A stretch of 52,563 bases of DNA, counting the filler, from Bipalium vagum (Eukaryota): the NCBI GenBank assembly GCA_037834085.1. It is 3 parts of 3 records of this genome, joined end to end, with 100 filler letters (N's around TTAATTAATTAA, not from the genome) between each part and the next. Parts side by side here need not be neighbours in the genome. Positions count along the whole stretch, not along the records: positions 1 to 18,796 come from JBBMKC010019059.1; 2 more parts are not named here. One strand, 5' to 3'. This document shows positions 1 through 11,895 of this stretch, in pieces. The position numbers and the translations under genes are program-made. Every line of letters starts with the position of its first letter. Positions within the stretch are counted from its first letter, which is position 1. The notes under the pieces are model-generated. The model was not told the origin of the DNA and searched no databases. It saw only the letters and a list, made by a program, of their open reading frames with translations.

Positions 1-955
1 CATTCTCAAATTTGATTGGATTTAATGGATAAAAAGTATTATCAACCTCTACTCTTAACGATTTAATTTGATCATGTTTAAATAAACTATTATTTTTTAA
101 AAGATTGGGTTTATTCTCTCTAAAACCTAAAAAGATATAAATTGGTTTGTTTTTAACGTAAAATAAATGTACATTAACTGATTCTCCTTCAGGAAGAGGT
201 CTTTCTATACAAAGTCTTGATAAATAGTTTATATTAAATGTTTTTTCTTCATTAATAAATGATAAAAACTCGACTTGGGATTCTGTAATTAAAGTTATTT
301 TTGGAATATGTAATTTTAATTCAATCAACTTTATTTTTGGAGTACCTGTTTTACCATAAAAAATTTCTTTTTCCACATTTAGTCTTCTTGTAAATGTTAA
401 TTCTTCTTCCATGTTATAAATAACTCTACCAAAATATTGTAAAAATTCAAACATTAATTTTAATGGAAATAAACCCCCTAATTTAAAAGTTTTTTTACCA
501 TCCTTTTCAACTGTATTGATTGAATATAATTCTTTTCTTTTATTATTTTATTATCCTTTATTATTTTCATATACTTTTTTTTCATCTAATATCCATCCAA
601 ATATTCATCAATCATAAAAAAAATTAGTAATTGAATTTGATGGTCCTAAATATTCAATTCTTTCAATAGGAGCTGATCCTAATGTTAAAATTGCATTTTT
701 AAATAAATATGGGAAGAAATTGTTTTCTAAAGTCATATCATCACCTGTTTTTATATCTTCAATTTCAATTTTATAACTAAATAAGGCTTCTGATAATTCT
801 AAAACATTTGCTTTATTATATAAATTAAATGTTAAAGTGCTATCTATGTTTAAATTTTCTGATATTGCTGTATTTAATGATATAGATGTATAATCTCGTT
901 TTTGTACCATTAAATCTTGGTGGTAAATATTTTTGTTAAAATTTAGTTTTGTCAT
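1..955 (-). pseudogene. Polinton/adintovirus major capsid protein (double jelly-roll, hexon-like), N-terminal part
   Basis: From ATG at 955: MTKLNFNKNIYHQDLMVQKRDYTSIS...TLENNFFPYLFKNAILTLGSAPIERIEYLG, stop at 608-610, then FRGLFPLKLMFEFLQYFGRVIYNMEEELTFTRR...KPIYIFLGF...IKSLRVEVDNTFYP. This resembles the recalled Polinton MCP pattern (LF..I.Y.L...EIE..E.PG; PLK.IFGF...Y.KVIY). Confidence 0.8.
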
Positions 956-1023
956 TTTTATATAAATAAATATAATTAAAGCGAACCTGGTTCTAGAGCC
1001 TTCAGACTTTGTCCTCATTATTT

Positions 1024-1752
1024 TTATTCAAATGCAGATGGTAAAATATTTTCATCATCAAAATTAATAAATAAATATTTATATTTTTCTTTCATATGAA
1101 AATAACACAAACAATCAAATTCATCTTTTTCAATAAAATGGGCTAACATTTTTGAATAAATTTGGTTTTTATCAGATTTTGAAATTTTAAATAAAATTAA
1201 AACATTAGAATTATTTCGAATACTTCTTAATGGTAAATCAAAAAATGATTGTGATAAATATATTACTGAACATTTATTATGTCTTCCTCTGGTAAATACA
1301 TTTCCATAATATGTTGATTTTTTTCACTTATTGCATCATTAAAAATTATTAAATTTTTTCGATTTTTGTCTAATTCTTTTGGTGGAGGAATTTCATTTGC
1401 TTTATTACTTAATGTTACCCTTATTTGTCTTTGTTTATACTCATAGTCTTCCTCATGAAATTTTATTATTTTTTTTCCATAAACATTTGATAAACATCTT
1501 CTTTTGAAAATCCATAATTAAAACAATCTCTTATATATTTAAGTGCTGGTTAAAGTAAAACAGTTTTTGAAAAAATAATTAAGTTATCATAATCATTATA
1601 GTTAGGAGTTAATAACATTTTATATAACAACTCTGTTTTTCCAGAACCAGAAGGACCAATAATTAACATTTTAAATATTGAAGGTAAATTTTTTGATTAT
1701 TAATTTTTATAGAATTATCATTTAAGAAATCAGAACAAAAGTTTTCATCCAT
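1024..1752 (-). pseudogene. A32/FtsK-like DNA packaging ATPase
   Basis: Manual translation across frameshifts: LPSIFKMLIIGPSGSGKT (Walker A, 1634-1657), NLIIFND (degenerate Walker B), TRGRHNKCSVIYLSQSFFDLPLRSIRNNSNVLILFK. These are hallmark motifs of Polinton/virophage packaging ATPases. Missed by the ORF track. Confidence 0.92.
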
Positions 1753-1768
1753 TTTTTAAAATTAAATT

Positions 1769-2573
1769 TTAAACTTGTTTTAAATGAATTGTAAAACTAA
1801 CATCTTCTCCATTAAAATCTATAAATTCCCCATCTTCATCTTTAATTTTAAATCTTATTTCATTAATAATTTTCATTATTAAAGGAAAATAAATTGGAAA
1901 TTTTGGTCTTTCAATTATTCTAGATCCTCTAGAAACATTGTTTGAAGGAAAATCAAAAATATTATTTGTTTTTCTCCCATTAAAAAATTCTCCATTTGCA
2001 ATATTACATTCAATCATAATTCTATTTATTTTTGTAATTTTAACTGTTTTAGATTCATGATTTCCTTCCTTATAAATTTCATTTTATTCGAATCCTAATA
2101 TATCACCTAATTAATTTTCCTTAGGAAATGAAACACTACATCCTTTTTCTATTTTCATTATACAGTTTAAAGAAGTTAGATTTGCTTTTATTTATCTTTA
2201 TCTTTATCTTTTTATCTTTCACTGTTTATCTTTTAAAGGCTCTAAATCTTCATCATCTTTAAATCCATTCTCTATATATTTTGATATTTCAGAAATTTCT
2301 TATGTTCCCGGAGTTAATTTTAATTTCATAGTTTTATTCTTTCCTTTAGAATCTGTCACAGTTACATCTATTCTATTATTTTTTTTCTGTAATATTAAAA
2401 AAAGAATTATAAGTTGAAAAATAAACTACAGCTAATTCATAATTTAAATTTGGATCAAGAATTAGAGGAGATTCAAACGTGTAGGTTATATCTGATTTTT
2501 TAGTTTCTTCCATAAATGATGTTGAAAATTTATTTGATAATTGATTTGATATTTATTTTAAAGTAACATCGAT
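1769..2573 (-). pseudogene. Minor capsid protein (penton, single jelly-roll)
   Basis: FESPLILDPNLNYELAVVYFSTYNSFFNI..NN..., LTPGTxEI, LGDILGF, INRIMIECNIANGEFFNG...IIERPKFPIYFPL...IKDEDGEFIDFNGEDVSFTIHLK. Matches the recalled adintovirus/Polinton penton pattern; broken by frameshifts. Confidence 0.85.
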
Positions 2574-2631
2574 TTTTAAAGAAAAAATATAAATTTGAGA
2601 ACAAAGTCCAAATTTCAAGCAAAGCTCTCAT

Positions 2632-3407
2632 TTAATCAGAATCTATATCAAATTTAACAAGTATTTTTTCATGTGTCTTCAGATTAATTTTATTCCGTTT
2701 TCTTAATTTATTCAATATTCTTAAAATTAAATGATCCAAATTATCATGACCCGCTTTTTTAGAAGCTAAATATTTTCTTAAAGTTATGAATTGGTCAACT
2801 AAGTGTTTTGGTTTATAAACTCGATATCTTTCTCCCTTTCTTTTTAATTCTATATTTTTATTTAATTCGGTTTTTATATTTTTAATGTAAATACTAACTA
2901 AACTATACTTTGATAATTTTATTATTTGAAGATAATTACTCAAATCTTTTATGTTAAATGGTGTTTCTCTATTTGAATTAAATTTACCTTCTATTATTAA
3001 TTTTAAATCTTCAGTTAATTCAAATAATTTTTCATCATTTGGTTTTGGATCAATTGGATTACTATATTTTAGAAATACATTTTCATTTTTTTAATAATTA
3101 AAAAGGGTATTTCATTTATCATTAATGTGTTACATATCATTGATGGATTAATGGATGTCGTTAAATTAGAAGTATTTAAATCCAAAGTTAAAGATGGTTT
3201 ATCTATTATATTTTCTTTATTAACTTTTTCATTTTTTACACTTAGAACATCGGTAGCTGGTTTATGAAAATATGTTAAATCTTGTTCAAAACCTCTTTCT
3301 GCTTTCCACTGATTTAATTGATTAGTTTTAAAATTTATTTCGTGCATCAATTAATTCTTTTAACTTTTTAGATTCTTTTTGTATATAACTTTCATTTTTA
3401 TTCCATT
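2632..3407 (-). pseudogene. Conserved adintovirus/Polinton protein (called gasderminX in adintovirus nomenclature, from memory)
   Basis: The pieces join into one gene: N-terminal VKELIDARNKF...FEQDLTYFHKPATD, middle FELTEDLKLII...KDLSNYLQII, C-terminal HLVDQFITLRKYLASKKAGHDNLDHLILRILNKL (consensus L..RL.LL.ASK.AGN....EI..I..EL). Includes ORFs 3069-3350 and 2632-2943. Confidence 0.6.
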
Positions 3408-5110
3408 CCTTTTTTTATAAAAATAATTAAATATAAGGTAAAGATATTTTGGTAACTTGGTATTTTTAATATTTCTCTCTGTTGGAAAATTTGAGAGTCG
3501 AGGTTCAAGATCTGATGTTACATAATACTAAATTTTAATATTTTCACCTTTAAATTTTCATCTATTTTCGAGTAATTAAAATAATATTATTATTAAGATT
3601 TTCATGTTCTTTTATTTTATTTTTATATGGTTCAAATGTGCAATTATCTATTAACCATAATAAATCTTTAGAATAAGATTTTTAATTCAGATTTTTAAGA
3701 TTTTAAATCTTTTTCTTCTAAGTTATAATTTTTTGCTCTTAAATATATTTCATAATATTTATTTTATGGAAATTTATTTAATTCTTGATTGGATAGGTTA
3801 TTTAAATCGTTTCATTTTTTAAGAAAATTTTGATTTTTTCAGTTTTAAAGTTTTTGACTATTTTTTAATGATTTTTTATAGTAATTTTTTTGACACATAG
3901 TGTACTACTTTGGAAAACACGTTTTTGACAAACGAATGAGTATGTGTCGGGAGGCACTCATATGAGTGAGTGAGGAAGAAAACTTTTGAGAATATTCTAT
4001 TGCTGGCATCCAGATTCAATTAGGTGAAAATTTATGTTTATAACTATATTTTTATTATAACATTCAAATTCAAAATATATTACAGATGATATTTTATTTC
4101 TTAAATATTTTTTAAATTTATGATAATCTTCGTGTAGTGTTTTTGCTTTTTAAATTTCTTGACATAAATTAATGTTTACTTGACATATTTTCTGAATGAA
4201 ATGAAGACAGATAATTATAATAATTAATTTTGTCTTTTATTATTTAAGATTTGAAAAAAATATTCATATTTCTACACAAACCACAATCGTTGTCATATTG
4301 AAAAAAGTTTAAAAAGTAAACAATTGAAAAATTTTAACTCAAAATTAAACAGGCAAATGTAAGACAATATTTCTATTATTCAAGGTTAAATTATAAATTT
4401 CAACTAAATATATATTTTTAAAACAAAGTTTTTTGAAAAAATCTACTGTTGAAGGTGCTCTATATTGTTGCAAATATTGTGAATCTATCTTGTAGTACGT
4501 AAAATTAATTAAATTAGCACATGATCTTAAGAAATGTTATTACAACTCATAAATCTGATAAGTAATAAAAATTGAAAAAAATTCAGAAATAATTTAAGAA
4601 CAAAATAATGACCTGATAAAATAAAATTTTAAATATTAATTAAAATTAGACCCGTCACGTCCTAAATATGTATTGTTATGGAATGCCGGTTCATATTACG
4701 GTAAACATAAATAAATGGTAATTAAATACACATCATCCTAATTCCTAGAGTAGAACATAGCAGAACTAGTATTAAAGTTTGTTTTGTTAGTCAGCCTGTG
4801 AGGAATTCATCATGTAGAGACAAGAACTTCTGTTAACATATTAACATAAGCTAGCATGTAACAACTTAAAATTATAATACTTTAAGTATCAATAATTGTA
4901 TTTTTGGTTTCAAAATTTTCAAAACATTGAATAATTGAAATTAAAATAACATTTCATACAATTATAAGAGGCTTCGACTGAAAATTGAATAGAAACTACT
5001 AAAAGTATAATACAAGAATTTTTCAGAAAATTACTTTTTTTCATGATGGATATCTTGAGAATGGTAATAAAATGTAATAATTAAGAAAAGAGGGCAAGAT
5101 ATTATTCATT

Positions 5111-6517
5111 TCAAGGAAATAAAGTCTCTATAGATCCTATAACAAATTTTGTCTTATCATCAGGTTTTCTTGACATGATTGTCTCACACGAATCGTCCAT
5201 GCTGGTGAGATAGCCAAAACAAAGGCTTGGTGTGGAATGCCCAAAAAATAGATCGATTTTAACTTGGTTGTCCTTTAATGTTTCCTTTCTCAAGCTGACA
5301 ATCCCAAAAGATTTATAAACATCGCCAGTTAGAAAAGCCGAATTCATGAAGTTACTTTCAAGGAAAGACTGAAATTTATCGTGAAAATTATCTTTTTCGT
5401 CAATGGACCAAGAAGAAAGAGCTTCACAAGTTTTCATTGGAAGCATGGTACGCATCAGCTGCTCTCCCAATCCAGTGGAAACTGCCGTCACAGAGATGCC
5501 GTTATCTTTCTGTTCAGAATAACATCCGCAACCAAACATACATGACTGACCCAGCCTACCATCTTGTTTCAAAAATATTCCTCCACTCGAAGTAGCTGAG
5601 ACAACTCTTCCCAGGCTATCGGCAATAATAACCCCAACGGTATCCAATAAATTAGGATTTAATGACAATTGGTTATTGATCATTGACTTCGGCTTCTTTC
5701 TAGGGACTTCGTCCTCACTGTCAATGTCGTCATATGTTTTTTCTTTTTCAAATAACAGCTTTCTATACTTATTACATTTTTTTTGTCTTTCAACTGTGAT
5801 CAACTCTTCCTCATTGACGTGACTGATTTCTAAAAATAACCAAGAGTTGATGGTTACTAACAGTTAGTAAAATTTATTTTTTATTAATACTCGAATTATA
5901 TAAAATATGTACTATCATTATTAATATTATCTGAAAGGATTAAATGAAAAATTATTAGGATTTAAGTTAAATAATAAATCAAATATCATAAGAATTGTAC
6001 AATCAGCTTCAATTTATTTTTTTAAAAACTATTTCATATAATTTTAATTAAAAATAAATTAATAAAATATAAAATTTGTACTTTGAGAAATTGCCCATTC
6101 AGTTGCATCTTTTCCAACCAAAACACTTGGTGGATATCTACCACCACTCAATAAAGAGTGTTCTAATTGTAAATTAAGCAATTTTTCGGCTACAAGAATA
6201 GGATTTTTAATATTACTTAAACATCCCACAGCTCCAAATCTCAGACTTTGTCCACACATGATTGCTGCTTCACACTGTAATTTACCACTAATTGTTAAAT
6301 TGCTACCAATTCCGGCATTAGTACAAGGATCATTTTCTAAAACTTTTACACCTTCTACAGCTGCTCTTGAAAGCTCAGGAAGGGAAACAGAACAATTTTG
6401 TAAAGCAGACTTAACTGCACTACAAGCCTTTTTACAAACATTCTTGTAAATGTTTTCACGTGATAATGAATGATTACCAGCACCGGAATGGCAAATAATA
6501 ACATAGTTATAATTCAT
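5111..6517 (-). CDS. TASP1: Threonine aspartase 1 (taspase-1, Ntn-hydrolase / type 2 asparaginase family); exons 6517-6082 and 5829-5111, 384 aa
   Basis: HSGAG, LENDPCTNAGIGSNLT, CEAAIMCG, FGAVG, NPILVA in exon 1. Autocleavage site LLD/TVG, SATSSGGIFLKQDGRLGQS, STGLGEQL and GHSTPSLCFGY in exon 2. Phase-1 GT..AG intron 5830-6081 joins the exons in frame. Confidence 0.95.
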
Positions 6518-7029
6518 TTTAAAATTTTATAGATTAGTGAAAGTAAGAAATCAAGTTAAAAAATAAGTTATAAATTTAAAAAATTTTAAAGTTCTAAATA
6601 ATTTAAAATTTCACCATATTGAATATTTAAACAAAACCTGATTTAAAATAATTAATAAATAAATTTAATGAATAAATACCATTTTATATAAAATATTTTA
6701 AAATATTAATGGTACTTGTTTCGTTTTTTTAAACCAAAAAGTTTATATAATGTTGCTTTAACGAGAATTTTCGTTAACAGTGTTGTATTTATTATATTTT
6801 CTTATGTTATTGTGAAATGTAGACTTTAGAATTCCAGTAATTTCTGAAATATTTCTAATTGTAAAATTTAGATTAAAAATCTGGATAATTTCAAATGTCA
6901 TTGATAAATTATTCTCTGATAATTCATTTGTGAATTCTATAAAAAAATCAATCCTAGAGTGTCAATGAAACATGTAGCGAGATGTTTATACAAAAAACAA
7001 AAAGATTTACCTGTATCGAGAGAGATACA

Positions 7030-8073
7030 GATGAATTCAGGACAGTGTTTCTGTTGTGGTGATAGTGATCATAGAAGATTCTCTAAACAGTCGTCTTTTT
7101 CAGCAATTATGCAAAGACATGAACGCTGATCACGAGTTTTTTTTTTATTTTACTGAAATGGTCGGTTGTTTTTATGAGTTGAAAGAAAACATCAAAATAT
7201 TCATGGAAATACAAGGAAAATATGAATTTGCGGAATATTTTGATCATCAGTCTTGGTTGTGCAGAATCACTTATCTATCAGATATATTAGAACAATAAAA
7301 TATCCTGAATCTTAGATTACAAGGAACAAATTTAACTATTATTGAATTTCAAAACAATCTTAGAGCATTCATAGCGAAACTGCAAAACTGGCGAAGTAAA
7401 ATGGATACAGGAAACATGGTAATGTTTGAAAAACTATCCAGTTTAATAGAAGAATTTAAATGCGAAACCAATGTCCATTTAAAAAAATAGATCACAAAAC
7501 ACCTCAAATCTCTTGAAAATGAGCTTCTGTATTATTTCCCTGAGTTAACTAAGGAAGAAGCTTTACTAGTACGATATCCCTTTTCTGATTCCATTGATAT
7601 ATCCAGTATTACTGATGATGTGCAAAATGAATTCTTGGACTTTCGGAACGATTCTGCGTCTCGCCACTTATATGACGAAAATCTGCTAACTCAGTTCTGG
7701 TGTGCTATGTATCACTCATATCAAAAAGTAACAATGATTGCGTTTGGAATGTTACTTCCCTTTGCTTCAACATATCTATGTGAGAGTGGATTTTCATTAC
7801 TTCTGCAATTGAAAAGCAAAACAAGAAACCCACTTAATGTTAATGCCGAAATGATGTTGGCATTAAAACAAACGCAACCACGTATTTCAAAGCTAGGCAA
7901 TAAGTTACAATATCAGCAGTCTCATTAAGATTTGGTGATTGAATAAATGTTTTGTTATTAATAATAAATTATTAGTAAAATTAATTGTTATTGTATTTTA
8001 TATATAGTGGGGTCGCCAACATTTGTTTGGTTCAAAAATGGGGTCGCGATACCAAAAAGGTTGGGAAACCCTG
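7030..8073 (+). mobile_element. hAT transposon relic (Buster/Charlie group), 3' half with right TIR
   Basis: WLCRITYLSDI, LNLRLQG and the C-terminal dimerisation motif LLPFASTYLCESGFSLL...RNPLN, with internal stops. The end reads GGTTGGGAAACCCTG (8073), followed by CTTTAAAC (TA-centred 8-mer). Confidence 0.88.
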
Positions 8074-10866
8074 CTTTAAACCATATAAAAATTGATTTTT
8101 GAAATGGTATAAATAAACTGAAATTTCTTTAAAAACCTGTAATCTTAAAATTTATACTTCCCTTGAAAATAAATTCATAAATTTAACGGGGTAAATTAAT
8201 TTTAACTTCCTATAAAATTTATTTAATGTTGTAAAAAATGGACATTTTTAATGAAATTTATAAATACTTCCATTTAATCATAAAAATTCATGAATCATAA
8301 TAATTTTAATCATAATCGCAACAATATTACTGAAATGTATAACTCTTTTTACTTAAATTATTTTTATAACTCTCTGGAATTTCATAAATTTTAATTTAAA
8401 CTTGAACATTCTTAAAACTGACTACAATTAATTACCTTTATCATATTAAATAATAAATCAAAAAATTCTAACTCCAATGATAACTCCGAATTAATAACTA
8501 AAATAACATAAATTAATACTATAAATAAAATTCACATTTTAAATAGTAAAATATAAATAATTTTTTAACTAATTACTTCTTTTAAAAAAATTTTAAATAA
8601 TAAAGCTTTAACTTTTAATTTTAATACTAACACAAATGTATGTCTCACTACATTTAATCTTTTAATTTTTTGTAAATACCAAAAATTTTTCCGATTAAAA
8701 TTATAAATAATCTTTTATAACCAAAAATTAAACTTTAAACTTTAAAATTTTCTTATAAATTTTTAAGTTTTATGTTCATTGCACATAATTTTTAAATTTT
8801 TCTGATTAAACTTATCAAGACTTATGATAATTTTATGCAGAGACCACTATGTCATGAGTAGTTTGACATCCCAAGGCTCATGGGACGAGAACAAAAATGA
8901 TACAAAAGGGTCTCATGAACAAACCAAAGATGAAGAAATAATCCAATATCCACGGCTCACGGCATATTGGAGGAAATAATCTTCTAAGGAATGTTCTTTA
9001 TCCCTAATACTTATCGCCTGGGTAGCCTGAAGTACTATTGCTCAATAGTATGAGGGCAAAAAGTAAATAAGGATTAGGAAACATTGTGTTATAATAGTTA
9101 CCTCTTTTTCTTACATAAAGCGTTGAAGAGGTATTTTCTGGTGGAGGGTAGTATTGTAAAGAATTTTATGGTAAAGGGCATTTTTATAATTTTTCTGAGG
9201 GGGTAATTTCTGAGAACCCTACATATTTTCCAACACTCTTTGCAAATTCAGAGAAATAATTTTAGGCTCTTTTCTTGTTGTTGTTGTGATATATTTTATT
9301 ATTATTTGGACGTAAAGCATAGGATTGTTTTCAGGTAGTTGTCAGGAAATACACCCTCTAGAGTCAGCTAAGATTTGTTTGCTGTGTTTGGATTTTTAAT
9401 TTTCTTGCAGTATTGAAACAAGAATAACGCGACCGAAGAAAGGCAGAAAAGGGTAAAATATATTCCTGTTTTATATTAAGTTCAACGTACCGGGCCTATG
9501 AATGGCAAGAAAGAACACAGGAAACCATTAGTTGACAAGCAAGACAATATTAAAAAGCTAGAAAATTAGAAATTAAACGAACAGGTGCCAGAAAAGTGTT
9601 ATATAAAATAAATGTTGATTTTTTTAATGAAAAATTATGTGATTTGATTTCTTTTGATTTTTTAATTTTAACTTTATTATCCATGTTGTTTATATTTGTA
9701 TCCATTTTATAAATAAAATTATTTTTAATAAAAGAAATGGTTGAAAAACATTTTTGTATGAAATATATTTCTAAACCTAATTTAAATCAACGTAAAAACA
9801 GTAAAAAAACACATTTAAAACCATAAATAATATGAATGGAAAAAGTTTGAAAAGTGTGAAATCAATGAAAAAAAGTACGAATGATAAATTTCAAAATATT
9901 CAAAAGTAATATTCATATTTTCTAAATGATTTACTGATTTCAAATCAGAAATTATTACGGTTTTAGTTTTAAAATTGTTATCACAAAATTAATCCTCTTT
10001 GGTTTCTGTCATTTTTATTTTTAAAATGTTTATTATATAAAATAATGTAGTTCCTAAATTTATAAACTGTGTAATAAAAAAAAGATCATAAAATCAAAAA
10101 AAACTCATAAAATGGAGAAAATCACAAAAATAGAAATAAATAAATAAAATTAACAAAATAAAAAGAAGTTTTGGCTAATATGCTTAACTATTTATACTAT
10201 TTACACACTACTTAATTGAAATTAAATTTAACTACATTTTAAAAAAAAATTCCCAAAATTCATTGTCGTTAACATATCCATTTAAGGAAAAAGTTTCTTT
10301 ATCAATGAAATCAGGTTTTGAGGAAAAGATGAATTTTTGTCAATTTCATTAAGTAGGCTTTCCCACATACATTTTCTTCACCGTAGTATAGTCATGTCAC
10401 TTATTCATATATTTGATATTTAATGGATACATTGTGCACAGCTTTAAAACTGCACCCAAATTACTTAACAGAAGTTCTTTGCGATGCCTCAGATACTTAT
10501 TTATAAACCTGGCTTATTTCGCCTATTTTGTCATTTTCAATCAATGGCCTAGTCTCTTTGAATTTTACAAATATCTTCATTATCCTCACTGTATGAATCT
10601 TTTTTTATTTCAGGTTTTTAAAATACTGTTTGACGTATGCCACTGATTCTACCTTATCTATTAGTAAAAAATTTGCACTCTTTCTTCAATGAAAAAATTA
10701 TTAAAAGAAGAATTTACTGGAATTAAATTCGATAGCATAGACTTTTATATTATTTCAAAGTTAAATATCTAAGTTGATTTTTTGTGATTTGATTACATTT
10801 TATTTTGACATGGCATGAAGGCATTTTTTTATTTAATTGTGAGTTAATTATTTTGTTTACATTTTA

Positions 10867-11895
10867 TTAGTGTACAAGTTGAAAATGATGATTCTTTCAG
10901 AGTGCAATAATGATTTACTTTATCAAAAAAATTTCTTTAATCCAAGTAAATTTCCACCGAGATCTACAACTTTGACCCATTTTTTGGTACTTTAGAATAC
11001 CGTTCAAGAAAAGCTTTTGATCCACTTATCAATCAACTCATCAATCAAATATTTAACATACTCGAATTTTTGAAGAGCTGTTCGAAGAGACAATACATCA
11101 TCCATCTGAACAAGTAATAATCAGATGGATTAATTTCTGGCAAATACCGCGGATGGGGTAAGACATGTTAACCAAATTTATTCAACATTTCCTAAAACTG
11201 TTTCGAAACATGGGGACTAGCGTTATCATGTAACAAAAGACATTCCTGTGTCTTTTAGCACACTCTGGTCGTTTTTCTTGCAATGCATCGCGTAACATGA
11301 GAAATTATTTTTCGACTTTTTGGATTCTATTTTTCATCCCCAGTGACGATAAGATGCAGAAACGATTTTCTTCCGTGCTTGTTTCACAAGTGGTTTTTTG
11401 CTTTTCTTTGTTTCGCTCATTCAATTCACATGTTATCCATTCTCCTTCTTTTTGAATCTTCCCCATTGCTCGTAGTTGGCCAGAAATTGCTTGTTCGCTA
11501 ACATTTAAGGCACCTGCAAGTTGTTTTTGACTTTGTACGGGGTCTTCATCCAACAATGAAACAATTGAAACAATCAAACAAACGTTCAAATGTTTTTTGG
11601 GATATAGTTTTTTAGTTACTATTAGTTTCCAGAATAATATGATAACTCTCCAATGCGTTTTTCGTTTGAAAAGAAAGAAAAATTAATAAGTTCCGAAAAT
11701 GATATTTATTTAGCTGAAATTAAGACACATTAATTGACTAAAATTATACATTATGCTCACTTTAGTGATCTCAGACATTTTTAATTATATGGCGTGAAAG
11801 TATAATATAAACAAATGTATATCAATATTTAAAGGATTCATATTAATAAAGGTGATTATCGTTTATAAATCGTCATTTTCAATTTGTACACATAA
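10867..11895 (-). mobile_element. Mariner (Mos1/mauritiana-like) element, decayed
   Basis: TA-flanked inverted ends TTAGTGTACAAGTTGAAAATGATGATT / TTATGTGTACAAATTGAAAATGACGATT. Motifs GEWITCEL, IVTGDEK, LLHDNASPH, LPHPRYLPEINPSDYYLF. Confidence 0.88.

Larger units (their letters stand above)
1..3909 (-). mobile_element. Decayed Polinton/Maverick (adintovirus-like) endogenous virus, one end; continues beyond the window start
   Basis: Tightly packed, intronless, co-oriented minus-strand genes for capsid, packaging ATPase and penton, all with stops or frameshifts. The segment ends in ACTACT at 3904-3909 (5'-AGTAGTACACTATG on the minus strand), the typical Polinton terminus. Confidence 0.88.

Noticed and set aside
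956-1018. ORF-track start at 1018 for the capsid gene
   Set aside because: The extension covers the intergenic hairpin island; ATG 955 has the AAAA-ATG context also seen at the ATPase start.
6258-6449. Antisense ORFs over real genes or TEs (also 16394-16669, 22615-22920, 36470-36826, 37300-37482, 49051-49461, 50091-50279)
   Set aside because: Shadows of coding sequence on the opposite strand, with no recognisable motifs.
8840-9600. GC-richer patch possibly holding an ncRNA or SINE
   Set aside because: No tRNA cloverleaf, Pol III boxes, ORF or second copy could be identified by eye.
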